Shown here piece by piece: positions 10,574 through 19,357 of a stretch of DNA of 54,388 bases. The first letter of the stretch is position 1, and the number at the start of each line of letters is the position of its first letter. The position numbers and the translations under genes are program-made. Origin of the DNA: Acidobacteriota bacterium (GTDB taxonomy: Bacteria > Acidobacteriota > Polarisedimenticolia > Gp22-AA2); the NCBI GenBank assembly GCA_041482595.1, contig JBGPED010000001.1, forward strand, positions 1 through 54,388, given 5' to 3'. The notes beneath the pieces are model-generated. The model was not told the DNA's origin, searched no databases, and saw only the letters and a program-made list of their open reading frames with translations.

Positions 10574-11451
10574 GGACCCGCCGCCCGACGTCGTTCCGCG
10601 CCGAGGTAGTCGTGGAGCGCCTCCTGCCAGGCGCGCGGGCTCTCCCCCGCCAGGCGGCTGTAGCGCGAGGTGTCGAGAGCGGAATAGGCCGGCCGGGCGG
10701 CGATCCGCCCGGCCTCCCCGGTCGTGATCGCCTTCAGCTCGCAGGCGCCGAACCCGCAGGCCGCGAGGATCTCCCGGGCCAGGTCATGGCGCGAGCAGAC
10801 ACCCGCATTGGCGAAATGCACCAGACCCCTGGCGTTCCGCGCGATGAGGAGGGAGAGTGCCTGGGCCAGGTCCGCCGCGTAGGTCGGCGAGCCGAACTGG
10901 TCGTTCACGACCCGGAGCGTGCCGCCGTTCGCGGCGCGCGATTGGATGGAGTCCACGAAGTTGCCGCGCCCGTGACCGTACAGCCAGGACGTCCGCACGA
11001 TCAGATGCTCGGTGGTCGCCGCCGCGACGCGCCGCTCCCCGTCCAGCTTGGTGCGGCCGTACTCCGACAGGGGGGCGGGCGGATCGTCTTCGGTGTAGGG
11101 AACGCTGTGGCGGCCGTCGAACACGAAATCGGTGCTCACATGGACGATCCGTGAGCCCGTCGCGGCGGCGGCGCTCGCGGCGTTCCCCGCCCCCTCGGCG
11201 TTCACACGCCGCGCCCGGTCCCGGTCGATCTCGCAGCCATCGACGTCGGTGTAGGCCGCGCAGTTGATGACCACGTCCGGCCGGAGCCTCTCGATTTCCG
11301 CTTCCAGCCGGAAGTGGTCCGTCACGTCGACCTCGGCACGGGTCGCGGAGATCGTGCCGGGATACGCCTTCTCCAGCGTTTCGGTGACGGCGCGCCCCAG
11401 CATCCCGCCCGCGCCCAGGACGAGGGGCACGAGCGCAGGACCCGCCCTCAC
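10570..11451 (-). CDS. rfbD: dTDP-4-dehydrorhamnose reductase
   Basis: GTG 11451 overlaps the lptD stop (GTGA). Motifs GAGGMLG, NCAAYTDVD, STDFVFDG, YGRTK and QFGSPTY are typical RmlD motifs. Confidence 0.85.
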   Translation of the reverse strand: MRAGPALVPLVLGAGGMLGRAVTETLEKAYPGTISATRAEVDVTDHFRLEAEIERLRPDVVINCAAYTDVDGCEIDRDRARRVNAEGAGNAASAAAATGSRIVHVSTDFVFDGRHSVPYTEDDPPAPLSEYGRTKLDGERRVAAATTEHLIVRTSWLYGHGRGNFVDSIQSRAANGGTLRVVNDQFGSPTYAADLAQALSLLIARNARGLVHFANAGVCSRHDLAREILAACGFGACELKAITTGEAGRIAARPAYSALDTSRYSRLAGESPRAWQEALHDYLGAERRRAAGP

Positions 11452-14153
11452 GGCACGATCCCCGGGAATGTCCCCGGGAGCGCACCCGCGGATCCCGACT
11501 GGAAATCGATCACGTTCCCCACTCCCTTGAGATTGATCAGGAAGCGGAACTCGCGCTGGCTGGAGCCCACAAAATTGCGGTTGAGGACCTCGAGCTGGAA
11601 CCCGCAGCACTGCGTGTTGTACCCGAACCGGTACCGCTGGTCGCGCAGGCGCGGCTCGCCCGCCTGAATGTCTCCCAGATCGTAGTTCGTCTGCATCCCG
11701 AGGAGCAGCTTGCGGCCCCAGAAGCTCGTTTCCCCCTGCAGACCGATCTGGCTGCGGTTGAACGGCTGCGCGAAGCCCTGCCCCTGCTCGAAGAGGGCGC
11801 GCGATTCGAGGTCCCGGATGCTGGACCAGGTCACATCGAGAAAACCGCGCTTGAGGCTGCGCAGATTGGCGCTGAGGCTCGCCTCCCGGACCTGGCGGAA
11901 AAGAATATCATACGAGCCGCGCATGTCGACGCTCGTGTGCAGGGACGGGTTGACGCGCAGCCACGCCTGGACCGGTCCGAAATTGCTCTGCAGCGGTACT
12001 GTCGCCGACCCCAGCGCCGACGACACGCTGAGAGGTCCCAGGAAGGAATAGTCCTGGCTGATCTCGAGCGAGGCGATCTCGACCGTGCTCAGGCGTTTCT
12101 TCTCCTCTTCCCCCTTCGACTCCTGGGTCGCGCCGCCCGCCTTCTGCTGCTCCTGCTGCCTGCGCTGCAGAAGTTCGCGGGTCTTGGCGTAAGGGTCGAC
12201 GCGGCCGCCGCCGCCGCCGAAGGTCGAATTCGCGGGACCGAACAGGGCGCTCATCTGCTCCGTACCGCCGATCGGACGCTTGGCGAACAGCCGGGACACG
12301 AGCGCGTAGGTTGCCAGATTGGCGTTGCCGCCGATGGAGTCGATCTGGTCGAACGGGATCACCCGATCCGGGTCGGCGACGCGCGACCGGTACGTGTAGC
12401 TGATCTGCGGCTCGAAGGTGTTCTTGTACTGCGGCGAGAATTTCGAGTGCGGGCGGTCGAAGACACGGCTGAGCTTCGGCCCGATCACCGTCAACCCGCC
12501 CTGGTAGATGCGCCGGTCGAACGACTCGTCGCTGATGATGGTGTCCTCGTGGTCCCAGACGCCGTTCCCTTCGCCGAAATCCAGGGTCCCGGGAAGGCGG
12601 TCGCAGCCGAGATCATCGGCCGCGTCGAAGATCTTATTCGGAGGGTTCTCCTCGTCCTGCTCGGCGTTCGGCTGACCGTCGCCTTCCCCGAAGTCCCCGG
12701 TGTTAGGAATGTTGTCGCAGCCGAGATCGCCGCGCTGGCTCTTGGTGTAGTAGGTGTCGCGGAAGCCGAAGCTCGCGTTCACATCGAACCACGGCACGGG
12801 CGAGAGCTGCGAGGAGAACACCGGGAACAGATCGAGCCGGCCGTAGTCCGTGCCCGGAGTTCCCTTGTCGAAGAGATCCGCCGATGACTCGAGGGTGAGG
12901 AAGAAGGGCAGATCGCCGAGCCGCTGCCGGCGACCGCGGAGCTCGATACCCGGGCGGATCCAGCGGGTGATTGTCTCCTCCTCCGTCTGGGAGAACGGAC
13001 CGTCGAGCACGGGCGGGACAGCCACGTTGACCACCTGCTCCCGCCGCTCGCCCCGGAGGTTGAGCGAATAGAACCCCCAGGTGCGCGTCACGAACAGGTT
13101 GCTGACGGCCTGGGGGTTGGTGGACAGACGCAGGTCCCGCTCGAAATCCCGGTAGTAGTCGAAATCGCTGATGAAATTGGCGGTCGCGACCAGCTTCCAG
13201 CCCGGGCCGAAGACCTGGTTGTGACCGTAGTTGATCACCCACCGGTTGGTGGGAATCCCTTCGATGTCCTCCTGCTTGGCAATCTGATCGCGGATGAAGT
13301 AGCCGGTGAAGTAGCCACGACCGTTCTCACTCGGCATGTAACGGTATTCCAGTCCGGTGCCGTATCCCGCCAGCGACATGTAGTCGAGGTAGAGGGTCGC
13401 GTCCATGTTGCGGCGGATGGCCCAGTAGAGGGCGTTGCTGAGGATGGTGCCCGAGCGGCGGGAGAAACCGAACTCGGGAAACAGAAGACCGGAGGCGCGG
13501 TCGGATTTCACCGGCCAGATGAGGTACGGCGAGTAGAACACGATGACGTGCCCGATCTTGAACCGCGGATTGTGGAGGTAGGCGTAATTGTCCTGCCGGA
13601 TCAGCGCGCGCCCGATCTTGAAGCTCCAGTACGGCACCGGCTGCGTGCAGGCGGTGAAAGTCGCGTCGTGCAGGACCATCTCGTCCTTGGAGATCTTCTC
13701 GACCCGGACCGCCTCGAAGTAGTACGACGGCTCCGCATAGCCCCGGGCCGTGTAGAAGACCCCCGTTTCCGTGTCCAGGTTGTAGGTGACCTTTTCGGCG
13801 GTCAGCCGCGACGTCCCCTGGTCGAGGATCACGTTGCCCAGCGCGGTGACATCCTTGGTGGACGGCAGATAGCGAACGTAGTCCGCCTGCAGCCGCGTAT
13901 CACCGTACTTGATGTCGACGTATTCCTTGAGGATGAGCTCGTCCTTGCCGATGATCGAGCCCGGGCCAGCGGCGATCTCGAGGGCCTTGCCGCCCGGTCC
14001 TTCTCCCACGAACTTGCGCTGGCGCTCAGGTGGCGCCGGCGTGGGCGTCGCGGCAGGTTCCTGCTTCCCGGCGGACTCCTGCCGCGCGGCGGCGGCCCCC
14101 CAGAGGGTGGCCGCGAGAAGGACCCCGATGACGATCTTGGGGGCGGCGGGCAT
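11448..14153 (-). CDS. lptD: LPS-assembly outer-membrane protein LptD (OstA family)
   Basis: ATG 14153 (MPAAPKIVIGVLLAATLWGAAAA is a signal peptide). OstA-like N-domain, then a very large beta-barrel rich in aromatic-x-aromatic strands. About 900 aa. Confidence 0.75.
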   Translation of the reverse strand: MPAAPKIVIGVLLAATLWGAAAARQESAGKQEPAATPTPAPPERQRKFVGEGPGGKALEIAAGPGSIIGKDELILKEYVDIKYGDTRLQADYVRYLPSTKDVTALGNVILDQGTSRLTAEKVTYNLDTETGVFYTARGYAEPSYYFEAVRVEKISKDEMVLHDATFTACTQPVPYWSFKIGRALIRQDNYAYLHNPRFKIGHVIVFYSPYLIWPVKSDRASGLLFPEFGFSRRSGTILSNALYWAIRRNMDATLYLDYMSLAGYGTGLEYRYMPSENGRGYFTGYFIRDQIAKQEDIEGIPTNRWVINYGHNQVFGPGWKLVATANFISDFDYYRDFERDLRLSTNPQAVSNLFVTRTWGFYSLNLRGERREQVVNVAVPPVLDGPFSQTEEETITRWIRPGIELRGRRQRLGDLPFFLTLESSADLFDKGTPGTDYGRLDLFPVFSSQLSPVPWFDVNASFGFRDTYYTKSQRGDLGCDNIPNTGDFGEGDGQPNAEQDEENPPNKIFDAADDLGCDRLPGTLDFGEGNGVWDHEDTIISDESFDRRIYQGGLTVIGPKLSRVFDRPHSKFSPQYKNTFEPQISYTYRSRVADPDRVIPFDQIDSIGGNANLATYALVSRLFAKRPIGGTEQMSALFGPANSTFGGGGGRVDPYAKTRELLQRRQQEQQKAGGATQESKGEEEKKRLSTVEIASLEISQDYSFLGPLSVSSALGSATVPLQSNFGPVQAWLRVNPSLHTSVDMRGSYDILFRQVREASLSANLRSLKRGFLDVTWSSIRDLESRALFEQGQGFAQPFNRSQIGLQGETSFWGRKLLLGMQTNYDLGDIQAGEPRLRDQRYRFGYNTQCCGFQLEVLNRNFVGSSQREFRFLINLKGVGNVIDFQSGSAGALPGTFPGIVP

Positions 14154-14157
14154 GCGA

Positions 14158-14967
14158 TCAGGTGACTGCGACGCCGGCGTATCCGACGACCGAGCGGAGG
14201 TCCCCGGTCGTCTCTCCCGAGTGGGAGTAGGCCACGAGACGCGCCTCCCGGGCACCGATCCGCCGGGCGGCTTCCAGCCCCGCGACCGCGGGAGCGAGCC
14301 CGCACATGCTGATGTCCTCCTCCAGGACGACGCGGTGCAGTCCCTCCGGATCGAGGGCCAGGACACGCTCGATCGCCTTATGATCCTGCCGCGCCGCCAC
14401 GGTCGCCGGTACGTAGTGGGACATGTCGCTGCTGACGATCAGCAGGACGTCCCCGCCCGCGTCATCGATCGCGGAAGCAACCGCCCTCCCGAGGTCGAGG
14501 AGGGTCTCCAGGTGCTGCGTCCCGACGCACACCGGCACGATTGTGACGTCGCCCACCAGGTGCTGCAGGAACGGCAGATGCACCTCGAGAGAGTGCTCGC
14601 GGCGATGCGCCGCCCAATCGACCCGCACCTCGCGGCAGCCCTCGAGGACACCCCGCGCCAGGGATGAATCGACGGGCACCCGGCCGAGCGGTGTGTCCCA
14701 TTCACCCTCGTCGTTGATGGCCAGCGCCTCGCCCTGTCCCGTGTGGTTCGGGCAGAGGATGACGACCCGTCTGGCCAGCCGCACGGCCGTGTAGGTCTCC
14801 CCCGCCACGCGGCCGGAGTACATGTATCCGGCGTGCGGGACCATCAAGGCCACACCGCGCGGCTCCGCCGGAGGGAACTTGCCCTGCGTCAGGGCGACCA
14901 GTTCGTTTCTGAGACTCTGCGGGTCGGCCGGATAGAACTGCCCGGCCACGGCGGGTCTGCGGATCAT
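14158..14967 (-). CDS. MEMO1-family protein (AmmeMemoRadiSam system protein B type)
   Basis: MIRRPAVAGQFYPADP...MVPHAGYMYSG...EHSLEVHLPFLQ...SSDMSHY are characteristic Memo/extradiol-dioxygenase-like motifs. Confidence 0.8.
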   Translation of the reverse strand: MIRRPAVAGQFYPADPQSLRNELVALTQGKFPPAEPRGVALMVPHAGYMYSGRVAGETYTAVRLARRVVILCPNHTGQGEALAINDEGEWDTPLGRVPVDSSLARGVLEGCREVRVDWAAHRREHSLEVHLPFLQHLVGDVTIVPVCVGTQHLETLLDLGRAVASAIDDAGGDVLLIVSSDMSHYVPATVAARQDHKAIERVLALDPEGLHRVVLEEDISMCGLAPAVAGLEAARRIGAREARLVAYSHSGETTGDLRSVVGYAGVAVT

Positions 14968-15055
14968 CGCGCTCCCGGCCCATCGAACGATTCTCGAAAG
15001 GCCCGGTCATGCTAACAGATGGCATGGCCAAAGTAAAGAAAACGGGACACTTGCA

Positions 15056-15084
15056 TTGTTTCCCTGGAATCCCTGTGCTACGAT
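15056..15084 (+). promoter_or_regulatory. candidate sigma70-type promoter TTGTTT-N17-(TGc)TACGAT
   Basis: Lies in the 155-bp divergent spacer. The -10 carries an extended TG. It is followed by a 38-nt leader with a GGAGGAAG SD before ATG 15123. Confidence 0.35.
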
Positions 15085-15122
15085 CCGTCACTCTAGGTCC
15101 AACCTGAGGCGGAGGAAGTCTC

Positions 15123-16031
15123 ATGGCGCGGCGACGCGCACTTCACGGATCGACCACCCGGGCGCGCATCGCCCTGGCCCAGATGGAGCCGATCCTCGGC
15201 GACCTCGAAGCGAACGTGTCGCGGCACATCGCGTGGGCCAGGAAGGCGATTGCCAGGGGCGCCGATCTGCTCGTCTTCCCGGAGCTCAGCCTGACGGGGT
15301 ACCTGCTCCAGGACCTGGTCGCGGACGTGGCGATGCAGCTTGGTGAGCCGGGGCCGATCCGGCCGCTTCTCGAGATGAGCCGGCGGATCGCGATGGTCGT
15401 GGGACTGGTCGAAGAGTCCACGGGTCATCGCTTTCACAACAGCGCCCTGTTCCTCGCCGGCGGGCGGGTGCGCCACGTCCACCGTAAAGTCTACTTGCCG
15501 ACCTACGGCATGTTCGATGAGGGACGATTCTTCGCCGCCGGTGATCGCCTCGAGGCGTTTCCCACGCCCTTCGGCCGGATGGGGATACTCATCTGCGAGG
15601 ACTTCTGGCACCCTTCGGCCGCACTGATCCTGGCGCAGGACGGCGCCGATTGCCTCCTGGTGCTGTCGGCCGGCCCCACCGAGGGGATCGACCGGCGCTG
15701 TGGATTGATCGGCCAGGCCACCTGGAGGAACCTGGCGATGCTGACGGCGCAGATGCAGACCCTGTTCGTCGCGTACGTCAATCGCGTCGGCTTCGAGGAC
15801 GGGGTGAACTTCGCGGGCGGCTCGTGCGTCTTCGATCCGCTCGGCGAGTGTCTCGCCGAGGGACCGATTCTCGAGGACGGGCTCGTGGTCTGCGACCTCG
15901 AGCGTTCCACCCTGCGCCGGGCGCGCACGCTCTATCCCCTGCTGCGCGACGAGCGCCTGCCGGTCCTGGCGCGCGAGATCGAGAGACTGCTGACCCTCCC
16001 GGCGCCCGGCCGGACCCGGAGGAGTGCGTGA
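15123..16031 (+). CDS. carbon-nitrogen hydrolase (nitrilase superfamily)
   Basis: E-K-C triad contexts: LLVFPELSLTGY, HRKVYLPTYG, ILICEDFWHP. Confidence 0.85.
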   Translation: MARRRALHGSTTRARIALAQMEPILGDLEANVSRHIAWARKAIARGADLLVFPELSLTGYLLQDLVADVAMQLGEPGPIRPLLEMSRRIAMVVGLVEESTGHRFHNSALFLAGGRVRHVHRKVYLPTYGMFDEGRFFAAGDRLEAFPTPFGRMGILICEDFWHPSAALILAQDGADCLLVLSAGPTEGIDRRCGLIGQATWRNLAMLTAQMQTLFVAYVNRVGFEDGVNFAGGSCVFDPLGECLAEGPILEDGLVVCDLERSTLRRARTLYPLLRDERLPVLAREIERLLTLPAPGRTRRSA

Positions 16032-17803
16032 AGATCATCCTCGCCTACAGATGCCACGATCTCGGCAGGATGGAGTTCTATTCGCGCTTCACGCCTCTGG
16101 GGCTGGGGTACATCAACGCCCTCCTGCGGTCCCACGGGTACGACTCCCGGATCCTGAACTGCAGCGCCTGGTCCTGGAAACGGACCGAGTGTTTCCTGAG
16201 GCAGGAGCGTCCCGACGTCCTCGGGGTGTCGGTGTTCACCTTCAACCGCCACGAGGCGATGCGGCTGGCCGCGCTTGCGCGCAAGGCCGTTCCATCGTGC
16301 TTCATCGTGGCTGGCGGTCCGCACGCCACCCACCTGCCGCATCATCTCCTCTCGCACTACCCGCAGATCGACATCGTGGTGCGCGGCGAAGGCGAGGAGA
16401 CGATGCTCGACCTGGTGCGGGCGCGGGACCACGGGGACCCGGACCTTCGCCTGGCCGGAATCCCCGGAATCACTTTCCGGACTCCGGAAGACGCGTCCGG
16501 GGAGCAGGGCTTCTCCGCGCGCGCGGTGTCCTCCGCGGCCCGGGGGACGAGGTGCCTCGACACGCCCGACAGGCCGGTCATCATGGACCTCGATCGGCTG
16601 CCCCACCCGGCCAGGGACCCGGCCACGGTCGGCGTGGACCCGGTGACTCAGTTCGAGTTCATCATCACGTCGCGCGGCTGCCCGGCGGCCTGCACCTTCT
16701 GCTCCTCCCCCGATTTCTGGGGGCGCGCCCTGCGGTTCCGCTCGGCCGCGAGCATGGTCGAGGAGGTCCGCCTGCTGCGCGAGCGGCACGGTGTCGTGTA
16801 CGTCTCGGTGCGCGACGACACGTTCACGGTCCACAAGAAGCGCGTCATCGACTTCTGCAGCATGCTGATCGAGCAGAAGATCGATCTCCTGTGGGACTGC
16901 CAGTCGCGGGTCAACGCCGTGGACGAGGAGCGCCTCCTCTGGATGCGGCGCGCCGGCTGCACGCACATCCAGTACGGCGTGGAATCGGGATCGCCGCGGA
17001 TGCTCGAGAGGCTCAACAAGGGGATCACCCTCGAGCAGATCCGCGCCGCGGCCCGGGCCACGCACCGCGTCGGGCTCAGTCTGTCGATCTACCTGATCAC
17101 CGGGATCGACTCGGAGACCGACGACGATCTTGCCGCCACCCTCCGCCTCATCGAGGAGATCCGCCCGCACGACGGCCTGGTCTCGCCGATGACCGTCTAC
17201 CCGGGCACGGCGCTGTACGAGGAGGCGAAGACCCGCTTCGGCCTGGGCGACGACTACTGGGCGCGCGAGCGACGCGAGGCGTACTACGTCCGCGAGGACC
17301 CGTGGACCCGGCGCTCGGTGCGAACGCTGTCGGCCGCGCTGCGGCGGACGGGGCGTCAGGCGGCCTATGGCCCGGACGATTTCGAGCGGCAGCGCGCCGT
17401 GGTGGGCGACTGCTACGCCCTGCGTCTCTCGGCCGGCGAGTACTGGCAGCGCCGCGGAGCCTGGGGCCGGGCGGGTGCGGAATACCTGGCGATCCTGCGC
17501 GACAACCCGCGCTCCCTGTGGGCGCGCATGCGCCTCGGAACCCTGTCGCTGCGCCGGGGGAAACTGGCGGAGGCCGCCGCGCAATTCCGCGCGGCCGCCG
17601 AGGTCGCGCCGGCCTTCCACCTGGCGCACAGCCTCCTCGGCGGCGTCCTGCTCCGGATGAAGCGTCGCGACGAGGCCGCCGAGTCCTTCGTCCGCGCCCA
17701 CCTCCTCGACCCGGGCGATCCCGAGACCCGGTCCCGGGTGCGCCGCCTGGCCCCCGGCTGCCTGTCGATCGATCGGGAGCGCGCGGCCGTTTCGATCGCC
17801 TGA
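16028..17803 (+). CDS. class B (B12-binding domain) radical SAM protein with C-terminal TPR repeats
   Basis: GTG 16028 overlaps the nitrilase stop (GTGA). N-terminal cobalamin-binding-type domain (DVLGVSVFTFN...IVAGGPHATH...VVRGEGEE). Radical SAM cluster motif CPAACTFC. TPR-like C-terminus (LAEAAAQFRAAAEVAPAFHLAHSLLGGVLLRMKRRDEA). Confidence 0.85.
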   Translation: MKIILAYRCHDLGRMEFYSRFTPLGLGYINALLRSHGYDSRILNCSAWSWKRTECFLRQERPDVLGVSVFTFNRHEAMRLAALARKAVPSCFIVAGGPHATHLPHHLLSHYPQIDIVVRGEGEETMLDLVRARDHGDPDLRLAGIPGITFRTPEDASGEQGFSARAVSSAARGTRCLDTPDRPVIMDLDRLPHPARDPATVGVDPVTQFEFIITSRGCPAACTFCSSPDFWGRALRFRSAASMVEEVRLLRERHGVVYVSVRDDTFTVHKKRVIDFCSMLIEQKIDLLWDCQSRVNAVDEERLLWMRRAGCTHIQYGVESGSPRMLERLNKGITLEQIRAAARATHRVGLSLSIYLITGIDSETDDDLAATLRLIEEIRPHDGLVSPMTVYPGTALYEEAKTRFGLGDDYWARERREAYYVREDPWTRRSVRTLSAALRRTGRQAAYGPDDFERQRAVVGDCYALRLSAGEYWQRRGAWGRAGAEYLAILRDNPRSLWARMRLGTLSLRRGKLAEAAAQFRAAAEVAPAFHLAHSLLGGVLLRMKRRDEAAESFVRAHLLDPGDPETRSRVRRLAPGCLSIDRERAAVSIA

Positions 17804-19357
17804 AGTCGCTTCCCCCCCACGCACCGCCGCTCCCCAGTCGGGACGGTACACGATCATCGTCCGGTCGCCGCAGATCAGGTTGTCGTGGAGGTCCACGCGA
17901 TAGATCGCCTCACCGAGACTCTCCTGGAAAAAGCGGCTGGGATACCAGGACGGGAAGACGACGACGTAATCGGGCCTCCGCGCCCGCAGGAATTCGAGAA
18001 GACCGGCTTCGCTCGCACCGTTCCAGCCGCGGCCCGCTGCCGCGGCGGGCGTCGTCCGCCGCAAATAGGGAATGACCTCCGGCGAGGCGAGCCCGGTCAG
18101 GTCAAGGATCGGCGCGCCCGTGACGTAGCCGATGGCGCCGATGTCGTTGGTGGCGATCGTGCCCGGGCCTCCGGGCCTCTCCTTGAGCCAGCGCCCGATG
18201 CGCATCTGCATGTCGGTGATGTTCTTCACCTCCCTCGCATACCGGTCCATTCCCCCCCAGGTCCCCCAGGCGGAGAGCGCCACGATGACGCCGATCGTGG
18301 CGCGCCGGAGGCCCCGTCCCGACAGACGTCCCGGAAGGGCGAAGAGGCCGATGCCGCCGGAGACGACGATCGTGGCGACGATCGGAGCGATGTAGCGCTG
18401 CTCGTGGAAACCGGGCCCGCCGAACGGTGCCGTGATCGCCATGACGGATGGCAGCAGAAACCCAATCATCCAGGGCAGGTGCGTCCGGGGCCCCCGTGCC
18501 AGGAAACGCCGGAACCCGACCGGCGCCAGCAGAAGGAGCGCGCCATTGTCGCGCAGCAGCGCCGCGAGGAGCGGGACGAGGTAGAGGGACGGGTTCGAGA
18601 CGACGATTCCCGGCACGACGTCCGTCCTCCCCTCGATGAGGGCCGCCAGGACGCCGTGCCGGCCGACCTTCGCCTGAAACGAGCCGGGAAGCCACAGCCC
18701 GGTGAGGATCCGGTTCAGCAGGAACGGGGCGATGGACGCGCCCGCAGCACCCAGTGTCGACCCGAGCGCCCTGGCCTTCGAGAACGGACGCATCCGGAGC
18801 AGCGAGTCCGCGAGAACGAAGGCCGGCAGGAGGGCCAGCTCGGGCCGGGCGGCCCCCGCGGCGGCCGCCAGACCCAGCGATGCACGGGTCCGGCCGTCGC
18901 ACGCGGTCAGGATGGTTCCCAGGACGAGGGTGGCCGCAAGACTCGTCTCCATCCCCGACAGGCTCGCCCACGGGAAAGGATGGGTCCCGATCAGCAGGAG
19001 GCTGCACAGGAACGCCGCCCCGCGGTCATGCGTGACCCGCGCCGCCAGACGATACGCGACCGCCGCCAAGGCGGCCGTCGCCGCGAGCCCGGCCAGGTAG
19101 GCGGCCCACGGGAACGGCAGGCCGGCGGCGGCCGGCACGGAGAGGAGCAGGGTCCAGAGGGGCGCGCTGGACGCGGCCGACGGTTCTCCGGGATTGAAGG
19201 CGAACCCCCGGCCCTCCGCCAGGGTCCGGGCGAGGCGGGCGTGGATCCAGGCGTCGTCGAGCGGCAGGCCGGCCTCGCCGGCGGCGCGCCCGCCGGCCAG
19301 AAGATACAGCGCGCCGATGAGCAGGATCGCGACGGCGACCGCGGCGGCGCGTTTCAC
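17801..19357 (-). CDS. large polytopic membrane protein, possible GT-C-fold (ArnT/PMT-like) glycosyltransferase; 3' end unresolved
   Basis: GTG 19357 overlaps the upstream stop (GTGA). More than 10 TM helices, then a soluble tail ending ...MIVYRPDWG near 17834. The frame has no stop until 15932, so the true end is uncertain and I give only the credible part. Confidence 0.55.

Noticed and set aside
15123-16031. Nitrilase-family gene as the missing glutaminase domain of NadE
   Set aside because: It lies 6.5 kb from nadE, separated from it by several minus-strand genes, and is translationally coupled to a radical SAM gene instead. There is no sequence-level reason to link it to NAD synthesis.
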